From NCBI GenBank assembly GCA_013239625.1, contig MU053652.1, positions 5,447,902-5,511,901 of the forward strand: DNA of 64,000 nucleotides, read 5' to 3'. Shown here one piece after another: positions 22,996 through 35,013 of this stretch. The stretch is from Lama guanicoe (taxonomy: Eukaryota). Numbering within the stretch: the first letter of the stretch is position 1; every line of letters starts with the position of its first letter. The position numbers and the translations under genes are program-made. The notes under the pieces are model-generated. The model did no database searches. It saw nothing but the letters and a program-made list of their open reading frames with translations, and had not been told where the DNA came from.

Positions 22996-25205
22996 TTATC
23001 AGACATTCCACTCTGGTCGCCATCTTCCGGACCCCTTGTCCACTGAAAGTTAATTCATTAACCTCATTTCCCCCACTATTTTATCACCCTTGTTTTGGAT
23101 TCAGTTCCTTCCTTGTCTATCCTAGAGTCCATGATCCATCACTAAATTCATCCTCCTTGAAATACAGTGCTCTCAGCAGTCTTAAACCTCAGTTTCTTCC
23201 AGTTTACTTTCCTGGTTAAATCCCAGCTCTGGATGAACCTTACCATCTGCCTTTCATTGGCCTGACTGGGACAACTGGGCATTTTCTTTAAGAAAATCAC
23301 GCAACACGGCCAACTAGTTTTGCTTTGAATCCATTATCTCAAACCTCAGATTGGTGCTATTGTTCCTACTGTAGTCTCAATTTCCCACTTCTGAAATTAC
23401 TGTTTATACCTTTTCGTCTCCTCAAAATTTTCTCCTCCCTGTTTACTTTTAATTTCCCTTGGAAAATAGAAGATGTTACATACAAACTTCACCTTCCCAG
23501 CACAAGACTCCTCCGCCAGCAACCCAGCTACCTTGGTAACCATCTTCCTTTTTGTGACTGTGGAGGAAGTTTCAAAGGCCAGCCTCTCCTCTTGTGCTCT
23601 GGATCCTAACCCTTCTTGCCTTTTTCAAGGACTTTTTCTCCTTAGGTTTTCCCTTTGCTTCTGCATTATCAATCTCTGCCTTGAATGGATCACTCTCATC
23701 AGTCTGCAAACACGCTCCAGTGTCCTGCATTCTAACCAAACTTCCCCTTGGGCACATATTTTTCCATCTATTAGCCATTTCTCAGCTCTCCTTCATAACC
23801 AAACTTCTTTATGGAGTTATCCTTATAGAGTGTCTTCATTTTCTAATCTTTTATTCACTTTTCAATTCACAATGTGACTTCCCCATCACCACTCCTGTAA
23901 GTGCCCTTTAAAACTTACCAGTCACTTCCATATTACCTGATCCAAAAGGATACTTCCTTGTCCTCACCTTGACCACTCTCAGCTTCTTTAAATGTTCTCG
24001 CTTCATATTCAAGACACTATTCTGTCCTGGTTTTCTTCTTGCTTCACTGCTCACTCCTAGTGTTACGCTCTTTCTCCTGCATAACTTGGAAAAGGTGAGG
24101 TTCTTCACCTCCATTGGGTCCCTCTTTTCTTTCTATGTTCTTTCGCAGGAGGGTCTTAGTAATTTCCATGGATTTAAGTACTGGCTTTATGCTAATGAGT
24201 TACAAATTTGTCTCCCACTTGACTTTTTCCTCTGAGTTCTAGACTCATGTATCTAATTGCTTGCTTAATATCTTCCTTTGGATAACTCAGCTCTTCCAGA
24301 CTTAACATGTCCAAAATCTAATTCCTCATTCTCACCCTGAACCTGTTTTCCCCATCTTCCCTGTTACAGTAAAGAGCACCACCATCCAACCAGTTGTTCA
24401 AGTCAGAAACCTATGCATCATCCGTGATTGTTTTCATGACCTCTTCCCTCAAATAGACCAGCAAAATCTATCCATTTTATTCCTCAAATATATCTTTAAT
24501 CTGTCTGCTGCTTTCTATTTTCAATGTCATCACTTAATCCTGAACACGGTTTGTTTCTCACCTGATCATTGTGATAGCCAGCCTACCTGTTCTCCTGTTC
24601 TCACTCTTGACCCATGACCCACTTCAATACATTCTTGATAGAGTGGCAACAATGACCTTACTCCTAAATTGAATTGAGTACATAGTAGGATAAAATCGAA
24701 ATCCTTTACCATGACTCATGGAGTCCTCCACTATCTGACCCCTACCTATCTCTCCAACCCTATCTATCTATGCTCCCTCTCTTTATTGCACACTATGATG
24801 CAGACACACTGGTTCCTCCAACATGCCAAGATCTTTTCTGCACCTCAGGGGCTTAAAAATGCTGTTATCTCTGCTTAAGCTGCTCTTCTTGGCTAACCTC
24901 TCCCACACCACAACCCTTTAGATAACTGCTTAAATACAACATCTTAAGAAAGGCCTGCCCAGAGCATGGTTTGCAAATAGTCCTCCCATTTACTATCTCA
25001 CTTCTTTGTTTCTTTGAATTCCTTTTCCCAATGTGTAACGTTATTTATTTACTTTTGTGTGTGTGTGTGTTTCCCATACTGGAATGAATGAAAGAAGAGA
25101 CTGTGTCAGGATGTCTAGATTTTTCAACGTTGTATTCCCAGCCTCTAGCACAGTACCTGGAGCATAGTAGGTGAACAATAAATATTTGTTGAAGAAATAA
25201 ATGAA

Positions 25206-27400
25206 CACATTTGCTAATTTTTCTGTTGAGAGTTCACTTTTTATTGCTATGTAAGATCTCTTTATATATTAAAACCACTAACCATTTGTTTATTCCATAT
25301 GCTGCAGATATTTTGCTCCTTGTCATATATCTACCAATTTAATTCCTGATGCCTTTGACAAACAGAAATATTACATTTTTTATTTAGAGAAATCTTTTCT
25401 TTCATGATTTCTGCTTTTGGTGATGTGTTTGAAAAAGTCTTCTCCATCTCAGTGTTATATAAATATTCGTTTATGTTTCTTCTTTCTCTTAATTTTTTTT
25501 AGATTTAAATCTTTACTCCAAATGGAATTTATTTTTGATATAGATGTGATTAAGTCTCTCAATATTTATTTAGTTGTCCATCATCACTTATTAAAAACTC
25601 CCTTTCCATTGTTTTGAAAATCTTACATTTATCAAAGATTAAATTCTTAACGTATGCTTGGAGTGGTTTCTGAATTTATTATTTTTTTTATTTCTTTGTA
25701 TCCTTCTCTGTTCCTAAACCATGTTGTTTTAATTATTGTCATTTCATAATATTCTTTATTGTGATTAACTTTTTAATGGAGTAAGCATTACTCTTTCTTT
25801 TTCCAAATATTTTCAGCTCTATTTGTGCATTTATTCTTCCAGATAAACCTTAGTTTTATCTTAAACAACTTCCAAAAGACATTCTATTGGCATTTTGTTT
25901 ATAATTGCTTTAACATTAAGATTAATAGGGGGAGAATTTCCATCTTTGTAATATTAATTTTCCCATTCATGAACTTGTCACATGTCAAGGTTATTGAAGG
26001 CTTCCTATATGTTCCTCCATAATTTTGTAGATCCTCAATATTTCTTGTTAATTATATTATTAGGTAATTTATATCTTTGCTGGGATCATTTTCTCATTAT
26101 GTTTTGTAACTGGTTGTTCCTTGTTGGTCAAGCTATTGATTTCTGTATTTGGTCACTTTTCTGAACTCTTTAATTAATTCTTCTAGTTGATTTTCTTCTA
26201 AGTAGACAATCATTGTGAAGTGTAATTAATGGTAATTGTCTCTCTTCCTTTACAATATTAATACCTCATATGTTAAATAAATGATGGTATTAATTTTTCT
26301 CTAATTCCTGCCTTTTTAGGAATACCGTTAACATTTCACCAGCTTTTAATGTTGGCTCTTTGATTGAAATAGAATTCTTTATCAAGCTATGGAAGTAGTT
26401 TCCTTATTCAAGTATACTAAGCATTTTATTGGAAGTTGTTGTTGAATTATATTAAACATATTCTGGGCAACTAGGATGATCATATGGCCTATTGTTATAA
26501 TAAATTATATTAATAGATTTCTCAATTTTACAGTATTTCTGCATGAGGTGCATCCTAGTTCATCATGTGTTGTTTTTATTTTTTCTACTTTCGTATAATA
26601 ATGTTGAATCAGATCCTTACATTTTATTTGGGATAATTGCATTGGTATTCATGAATAAGATTGGACTGTAGTTTTACATTTTTAAAATTCTATCTTATAA
26701 AGTTTCAAAAAATTTCGTTCTATGCTCTAGGAGTATAGGAATTGCCTATTCATTGAAGGTTTGGAGGAAGTCATCTATAGCCCCAACCTTTTTTCAGGGT
26801 AAGTGAGTAGAAGATAATTCTCTGAAAAAAATTAAAATTTTCTTCTATGGTTTTGGCTTAGACAGGTAAAGTACTATTTCTTGAGTATCAATTTTAAAAA
26901 ATAACATTTTTAAAGAAAATTATGTGTTTTCATGGAATTAAAAAATCTGTTAGCAGTCTTTCATATATAATCTTATAATTAAAAATATTTTTCTCTATGT
27001 TTATAGTTGTAGCTCTTTTCTCATTTCTAACCTATTTAGTTGCATTTTTCTTTCTTTTATTAGACTTGCCAGTCTTTTAAAGGAACATTTACCTATTTTT
27101 TCTATTTTCCACATCATTAATGTAACTTTTAGTCTTTTAAAATTCCTTCTTCGTTTTAAATTTATTTTGTTGTTTTCTGAATGTTTCTTTGTAGTTAATA
27201 ACTTAGTTCATTGATTTTTATTTCTTTCTTATTTAATAATAGGACACATAAGGCTATACATTTACCTCTGAGCACAGTTCTGACTGCATCTCAAAAGTTT
27301 TGGTATGTAGTCTCTTAATTGTTGCTATTTAAAAAATAATGGATTATAATTACTGTTTTTATTTCATTTTTGACTGGTGTTATTTAGGATAGTGTTGTAA
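25206..27400 (-). mobile_element. L1M(E) fragment, right half (ORF2 region)
   Basis: tttgctaatttttctgttg...tctctttatatatt, tttagatttaaatcttt, gctattgatttctgtat, ttgttgaattatattaaa are antisense L1M ORF2 motifs. Confidence 0.85.
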
Positions 27401-28036
27401 GGGTTTTGTTACTGTTAATCCTGATTTCTTTTTAATAAAGAGCACATTTGTTAATATTTATGTTGCTATTTTAATAAAGAGGTAGTTTTGTTTGGAAAAA
27501 GTGAAATTACCTGTGAAGCTGTATTATCTGATGTTATTTGCAAGCCTTATCTAGAGTTCCTTGTTACAATGTTCTACCAATAGTGCTGACTAGTGGTGAA
27601 ACTCTACTAATTACTGACAATAGGGATTTGGTATACAATTAATGTCAATAATTTACTAGAATTGAGATTTCTATATAATATCCTAGTTACTCATATAAAA
27701 GGCAAGAAAGAGCTTTAAAAATGTTTATTGGTTCAAAAATTCTCAGGTAATATGGAATGTAAATGATCGTCTAATGATTAGAAAGATTCATTATCAGAGT
27801 TTATGAAATCAGGAAGAATTTGAAAATTGTGGACAGGAAGTTTGCCACAAAATTTTGGCATTAGAATAATTTTTCTTTTAGATTTGGAAAGACTAGTTTT
27901 AAAAATATTTATTTTTATAATTACACATGTAACTCATGTACATAATTAAAATAAAAATTACCTATAGTTCTATTACCCAGTAAAAAAGCACTGTTAACAT
28001 TTTGTTGTATTTCCTTCTTAGGACTGTTTCTGTACA

Positions 28037-28139
28037 TTTCTCTCTTTCTTTCTCACTTTCCTCTTTCTTTCTCACTTTCCTCTTTCTTTCTCACTTTCCT
28101 CTTTCTTTCTCTCTCTCTCTCTCTTTCCTTTCTTTCTTC

Positions 28140-28186
<47 letters not shown>
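28037..28186. repeat. Compound polypyrimidine repeat: 3x19-bp unit, (CT)n, (TTTC)n
   Basis: ctctttctttctcactttc at 28042, 28061 and 28080, followed by (ct)n and (tttc)n. Confidence 0.95.
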
Positions 28187-28904
28187 ATAAACTTGGGCTC
28201 ATGTACTTTTGCATCCTGGTTTTGATTTTTCACTTATTATCTGTGAGCATTTCTCTGTGGTACAAGGAAGTGGAAATTGTTGGGAATTAATTTATTTCAG
28301 TATCAGTAGCATAAGGATTGTTGCTATTACTGCTGCGGTTTCTACTGCCCAGACTACTTGCTTTCCAAGCCTTGTCCTTGAAGACTCCTGTGATAATCTT
28401 CCATTTTAATTCTTTTGTTTCTGTCACTTGCACTCAGGAACTTTGACTGATAATAGTGCCAAGAGATATATTATGCATGTGTGCACAGGTGTGCGTGCAC
28501 ACATGCAGCCACACACACATCCATACAAGTGTGGAAAATATCACCTTACTTTATTTGCCTATTGGAGGTTCACAGACCATATTCTTATATTAAAGGCTTT
28601 GAGAAGTTCTGCATTAAAGAAAAAATTTGCCTAAAAATATGTACTTCAAACATTTCATTACAGAACACTGTACTTTTTTCTAGTAGAGCTGGTATTTTTT
28701 TTTAAATAAAACTTAAGGAAACACTGATTTTGTTTATTTGCTTAGCAACATCTTGATGGCCTTTTCTCTTGGTTTCCACACATCAATATAAGTTGAATTA
28801 ATACTGATAGTATAACTCTTAATTGATTTAGCATATAGAATAAGTTTACTTTCTGGTGCCTCTTCTTGTGTGCTGAGAAATTAATTCCAGCCAGGCCTAA
28901 GGAT

Positions 28905-29520
28905 CTGGTCTCAGGATTGCCCCAGGCCCAGGTAAGAGAGGCCCCTGCTTTGGGCCCCCACACTTTACAGGATCCTGCTTTGGCCCTCTTTCAGTCACTC
29001 CTGAAGAGTCTGCGGATCCAAGGGACTATGCCCACCTGGACCCTGAGCACTCTTCTCTAGACTCCATTCTGGGTGCCTGGGGCCCTAAATTCTCAATCCA
29101 AACAGCCTCACCTTCTGGAACCTCTTCTGGCCCATCCTCTTTTGCCATCAGCTGAGTACCCTTAGGGCCAAAGGACGGCCAAAGGATGGCTATTTGTGAG
29201 GGTGTGACTAAGTTTCATTCTACAGACTGGAGAGTTCACAAGGCCCCTCACAGTGGGGGATACAGCTGGGGGTATGGGGTAAGGACCAATTAAGACTAGG
29301 CCACCACGTTCCAGTATGGGGCACTGAGGAACCCAACGAATCTTAACTTGAACACAGCCTTCCAGGAAATTATGAAAGCATATATGTTAGCATAGAACAA
29401 TAGAGCTCATTTAATAGCTTGTTGGCTTGGTTTGTAACTTTGAAAATATTTGGACATGTGATACATAAGCCTCTACTTGACTCTCGCCTGGTCCCTGCAA
29501 ATATTAGGGGTGATGTTGGT
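28905..29520. mobile_element. hAT non-autonomous element (MER96B-like)
   Basis: ggcccctgctttgggcccccacacttta at the left; ttgaacacagccttccagg...aatatttggacatgtg...ccctgcaaatattagggg at the right. Confidence 0.55.
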
Positions 29521-29929
29521 GCTTGGAGGGCTAGAAGCACTAGCTGCAATCCTGGGGGCAGTGGCATATTGGAAGGTTTTAGAGTCTTCAGAGGAAAGGG
29601 GCTACAGGTTACCACCTGGGTGATAGAACTCTAGGTGCCATGACATTCAGCCTGATGGAGCCCTAAAGCTTGGCATGACGCACTAGAACCTTCTGTCTTT
29701 GAATGAACCACAAACTGGATGATGAGTTTATCAGCAGTGGCCATGGGCCACAGTGGCTTAAAGACTAGAGGCCCTTACTGCAAGTCCTAGGCATTCCAGG
29801 GGCCTCCAGAGTTCTGCACTGAAGCAGCTTTGCCAAAACATGACTGACTTTGATTTTTCTCCCCCTACATTGGTGAGTGGGAAGTACAGAATCAGATGTA
29901 ATTTTACTTAGAAAAAAGTTAAAGTAACA

Positions 29930-30930
29930 GCACATCCCTTATACCTGAGTGTGGGGATATGAGTCACACTAACTCTATTGTAATAAGTGCAAAATGGCGC
30001 AGTAAGTGGCACAGGATGTCTTGGAAGAGTGAAACAGAGGTACCTCCCTTGGTCTGAAAATGCAGATTAAGTTCTTAGAAGAAGTAACATTTAGCTGAGA
30101 GGAGGACAATGAGCAGAGATTTCAGGGACAGCATTCAAGGGAGGAAAAGAGAAAGTGCACAGCAAACAGGAGAGAAGATGAGGTGGAGGGGTTGGAGGTA
30201 GGACAGAACATGATGAATTCAAACTGAATAAAGGCCTGTGTGGTGTGGGAATTGAAAGCAAATGGACAGTGTGGCCAGATAAGACCAGAGAGGAACACAG
30301 AGGCCTGATCACACAGGGCTCTATAAACCATGTCATGAACTTCTTCAGGAAAACAATAGACCTTGGTTTTTATCTTCAGTGAACCCATGGTCTAGTGGAG
30401 AAAAAAAAAATCTAGTAAAACAATCATTAACAGAAAGAGGTAAGTGCTACACTAAAGACATGTTCACTGTTATCTTGGATCCTGGAGAAAGGATCGCTGC
30501 TGAGTGAATCAGAAAAGGATTTTCAAGGACTTGAGTGCTTGAGTTGAAATGGGAAGTTTGAGTGGGAGTTTTCTAGTAAACAAAGGGATGTTGAAAGAGA
30601 GAGAAAGAGAAAGGGAACAGCAAGGGCAGAGACTTGGGGATAGAAATTATTCAGTATGGATGCAATTAGGGAGTACACCTTGTTAAGGATTTGGATGTTT
30701 TCCTCTGGATGATGGCAGTTCTTCAATGACTTATGAGTTGGAACATGGCATGCTTAGAAAGATCATTCCAAGGACAATGTGGAGGATGACTCTGAGGGAC
30801 ATGAAACTGGTGCAGGAGGACATGGTAAAAACGTACTGTCATAATACACGTGAGAAGTGGAGTTCCTGAAAGAGAGAATTGATAGTAGGGGTAGGGTTAA
30901 GATCAAGGGATGTTTTGAAAATGGAAGGAA
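29930..30930 (-). mobile_element. L2 fragments
   Basis: gaagtaacatttagctgaga, aggcctgatcacacagggc, ttagaaagatcattcc...aatgtggaggatg. Confidence 0.75.
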
Positions 30931-31214
30931 CAAACAGGCTTTCCCAGCTCTTTGTGACTTACTCTGACCTTGGCTTCAGACAACCACTATATTATAAATG
31001 GGCCATTCTGTGAAAGGAAGAAATCTGATGACCCAGTAGAGTATCAATGACTGATAACCGCTAGATGTCCTTTCTCAGAGGACTTTGAATTTAAAAGAAT
31101 ATGCCTGGAATGGGCAATGAGTGTAGAATACTGGAATTTAGATGCTTTGGATTTTGGTAGTGAGGTAATTACTGGGTGGGGAAAGGAAAAAGAATTTTAC
31201 TGTTTCTCTTACAT

Positions 31215-31431
31215 CAGTGGTTCTCAACCAGGGCAGTTTTGCCCTCTTAGCAGACTTTTGGCTGTGTCTGGAGATATTTTTGGTTGTCACAACTTGGGGT
31301 GGGAGTTCTAGGGGTTAGAGATGAGGGATGCTGCTAAACATCCTATAATGCACAGGACAGCTCCCCTTGCCCCTCAAACAAAAAAAATTATCCAGCTCAA
31401 TAGGCAATATTGCCAAGGTTGAGAAACCCTG
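31215..31431 (+). mobile_element. MER20 (hAT-Charlie)
   Basis: TIRs cagtggttctcaac...gttgagaaaccctg; internal gtctggagatatttttggttgtcacaact and gggatgctgctaaacatcctataatgcacaggacagc. Confidence 0.92.
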
Positions 31432-32054
31432 CCTTAAACCATTACATGAGTGGCTCTATATTAAGACTTGCGTTATCTCTAAGAGTTATGTAATTATTAG
31501 ATTGAACAATCATGACTTGAGGGATGAAACCATAAAGTGACTTCTATTCTTGTCAACTCTTTCTTTAAAGTGGTTCTGTGGGGCTTGTTCTGGCCTTGGA
31601 CGAAAATTCGGATTGACCTCATGAATTTTCTGATCACTGTTATACAATGAAAAGGTTCTTTATTCATTTTAAACCATGTTGTATGTTCTTAATTCAGTGA
31701 TTAACATGTCTAGTCCCTTGTAATGATAAAAACTTTAAGAGGACGGGGTGTGGCAGGCTTCTTTCCAATTTCCTGAAAGTGGTCCTGCCCTTCTCCTAGC
31801 TTGTCCAGCCTCTGGGGTTGGAGCATGGGATGGGAAAAGGGGAAGGGGTCCGGGACAGTTCGTAATGAATTGATCGTGTCATGAGTTGGTGTGTAACTCC
31901 TTGGAGTGCCTGGCATGTGTTTACAGTGGATTCTAGCTCCTTGGAGATTTCCAGGTGACTTCTCATCTAGCTGAGGGCTGCTTGAAAAACCAGCTATGGT
32001 GAAGAATGAGGTTTTGTGTGTGAAAGAAAAAGAAAGAGAATGGGAACAATAATT

Positions 32055-32315
32055 TCCAGTTATTTCCAATCTGCCTTGGACCAGTAATTTTGAAAATATA
32101 CAATAGAAATGGATTGCAAGCAAAATGAAATAAAAAAAGACATATGAAATATAAACCTGAATTTTAAATAATCACGTTCTACAACCTAAAATCACTCTGT
32201 CAAACTGCTGGAAAACTTTCCAAAAGCTTCCTTTCAATTTCTGTCCGTCCTCAACACTGTAGACTGGTTAACGGTCTGTGCAACAGCACCTGCCCTCAGA
32301 CTGAAGAGCACTGGG
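32055..32315. mobile_element. hAT-Charlie non-autonomous fragment
   Basis: ttcaatttctgt...agactggttaac...gagcactg resembles a Charlie4/MER5-group end. Confidence 0.5.
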
Positions 32316-32582
32316 TCTAGCTCATGGAGCACTGGTCTACCTCATTGCTTGCTCCTTCTCTAATGCCTGGGAGAAGGTGATATTTGGCTTCTTTCTTCTG
32401 AGGCCTGTCTCCCCTTATACTGCCTGAATATCCTTTCTCTCTCACTCATGTTTCCCACATCATCTGGTCAATGGAAAACACTAGGCATCCTTTGCTCCAA
32501 CTTGGTCTTGGAGCACAGATTGCCCAGTGGCGCTGCCTCTTCTGGCTCACCTCCCAGCTGTTAGCCTGCAGGTTCTCCCCAG

Positions 32583-33051
32583 GTAAGGTTGACAGAATTA
32601 TGAGCGCTCCATCTCCAACTGCCTGCAAGATATTCACACCTAACCCCTGGAATTTATGAATATAATGGCTTTATATGGCAAAAAGGACTGAGCAAAAGAG
32701 AAGTGATTAAATTACGGCTCTTAACATGGGGAGAATATCTTGGATTCTCCAGGTGGGTCCAATGTAATCAGAGGGGTCATAATTGGAAGAGGACACAGGA
32801 GAGCCAGAGAAGGTGTGATGACAGAGCCAGAAGCTGGGGTTGATGCACCAAAGGATGTGGGAAGTCTCTAAGCTGGAAAAGGCAAGGAAATTGATTCTCC
32901 TGTAGTCTCCAGAAGGAACACAGCCCTGCTGACACCTTAATTTTAGCCTACTGGGACTTCTTGCCTCCAGAACGGTAAGAAAATTAATTTGTGTTGTTTT
33001 AAGCCACTAAGATTGTGATGATTTGTTACAGCAGCCCTGGAAACTAATATA
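32583..33051 (+). mobile_element. MaLR solo LTR (MLT1C/D-like)
   Basis: atggcaaaaaggact...ccaggtgggtccaatgtaatca...agctggaaaaggcaaggaaa...tgtgttgttttaagccactaag...ggaaactaata. Confidence 0.9.
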
Positions 33052-34883
33052 AGCAAGCGTCAGACCCCAGCCCACCATAGCCTAAAACTAGAAGGGACGG
33101 ACACATAATAAGTGGGTGGTCCCTTTAAAGGCCTTCTACATCGACTTGTAGTAAGTCTGATTTCAGTTTCATTTTTAAACAGCATGGTGCTTAAATGCTT
33201 GGCATAACTCCCTTTAAGCAGGTTTATTGCTTGTCTTTGGGGGGGGGAAAGGATTAAAGCCTCAACTTTAACAGCAGTGCTCAATGACCAGTTTATCAGT
33301 TTTGAGCTGAGTGAAAAACATCCCCCAAATTACAAACATTAAATTTTGCAATTTTACTTCCATGTCATTCTTTAACAGAGTGAATTATTTCTCACTAAAA
33401 GGGATATGCAATTAGCAATTTAATTTATTTGATTACTTTGATAATTCTCTCTGACACTTTTCTTTCATCCAAATACTGTAAAGTGCTTTGTAGAAATTAG
33501 ATTTCACACAAATAGTATAATTAATCCTTCTTTGTAGGCTTTTGCTTGTAGTGTTAACAGAAATCTGAAAATGATATATGCAAACCCAAATTTCTTAGGA
33601 TAAAACAACACTTAAGAGCAATTTGCTATTGTCTTACCTGACTTTTTACTATTCTGTGATATATTATTCTTTATCATTGTGCATCATAAATCAAACACAA
33701 TGGCCTCATGCTAATCTTCTGAAATTAATTCAGATATTGTATAATTCTGTTTTTTTAGTTAGTAGAAGCTCTGTTATTTAATGAAGGTAGATTGAGGTTT
33801 ACAAATTAAAAACAGTGAGAGCAGGACTTAAAGTTCACAGCCCTCAAAAGTGTTTCTGTTCATCCTTCATAAGGTAGATATTTGCTGACCACTTAAAATG
33901 TAAGATGGCACATTAAATTCCATAGAATATCAGAAAATATTTCTCTTGATTAATTGCCCAGGAAATATCTCTAAGTAATTGAGTGATCATTAAGTTGAAT
34001 ATAACTATTCCAGGTAGTTGCCCCCATCAGCACCATGTCATATACATAAAATCAAAGAAACCAAATAAAGGACAAGAGATACGTAACTTGAGAAAATCCA
34101 TGATGAAAGAACTGATTTTCTGGCTGAAGCAAATGGTTTTGAATAGTCAAACTTAAAAAAAAATAGTCACGCTTTCTTTAAAATTTTTTCCTTTAGTCCT
34201 CTGGGTTCTCATGTAAGTTGAAAAGATGATAAAAGAACTAAAAGAAGAGAGATGGTTTGCTTTTGAGCTGTCACTGTTCTGGGGACCCGATCAAAGAAAT
34301 ATTTTGATTGAATAAGTTCATAGGGATGAATGAAAAGAACTGAATTGAAGTACAAAAGGAAAGAGAGGGTGGTTTAACAGGATAAGCAAAAGGTTGGGAC
34401 ATGGATTAGACACCTAATAGTTTTTGGTCACCAACATCAATTTTATCTTTTGATGATGACTTCTTGGTTGTAAATAAAATGGAATACGTGGGACTCATTT
34501 AACTCATTGTTCTTGGAGAACATAAGTTAATAAAAGTGAAACACTCTTGTGACAAGCATAGAAAATTCAACTACAGTAAATATTTTAAAGATGGAAAGAA
34601 GGCTAATGTTGACAACTGGGAAAAACAAAAGGAAACCTTGAGTTTATCAGTTAAGGAGCTGTTTATTACTTCTATTTTCAAGATTAATCTTTCATTTGTT
34701 TTAGGTAAGATTTTCTTTAATTACTTGGAAAGTTGGAGTAATTGGTAACATGTCTAAATATCTACTAATAGATTTGAATTTCACTTATTTCTGTTGCAGA
34801 AATGCATGTCATTAAGACTTTTCTAGGCTGCCACTGGAAACCGTATGTTAAGTAGTCCCTTAAATTAAAAAAAAAAATTCTCA

Positions 34884-35013
34884 GGGGGGAGGGTATAGCT
34901 CAGTGGTAGAGTACGTGCCTAGCACGCACAAGGTCCTGGGTTCAATCCCCCGTACTTCCATTTAAATAAATAAATAAAAACCTAATTACTAATCCTCCTC
35001 CAAAAAAAAAAAA
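34884..35013 (+). mobile_element. tRNA-Ala(AGC)-derived SINE of camelid type
   Basis: A box TAGCTCAGTGG 34896-34906 and B box GGTTCAATCCC 34939-34949. The tail reads aaataaataa-acctaattac-poly(A). Flanked by a duplicated (A)n-TTCT target site. Confidence 0.85.

Larger units (their letters stand above)
21840..25205 (+). mobile_element. Long L2 element (endonuclease region to 3' tail), interrupted by an LTR
   Basis: gctctaccggaacccgcttccccc and gggccggcgggtggggaggatggcctccttgct resemble the L2 APE region. The body has tgtcctggttttcttcttgcttcactg and cttaacatgtccaaaa. The tail reads ctagcacagtacctgg...caataaatatttgttgaa. Confidence 0.8.

Noticed and set aside
34580..34660. Possible CR1/L3 RT remnant (DGKKANV ~ DWKKANV)
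   Set aside because: Only a few residues match and the flanks do not extend the similarity.
34884..34960. tRNA-Ala(AGC) gene
   Set aside because: It has a SINE-type A-rich tail and target-site duplication and no T-run terminator of a tRNA gene; it is a SINE head.
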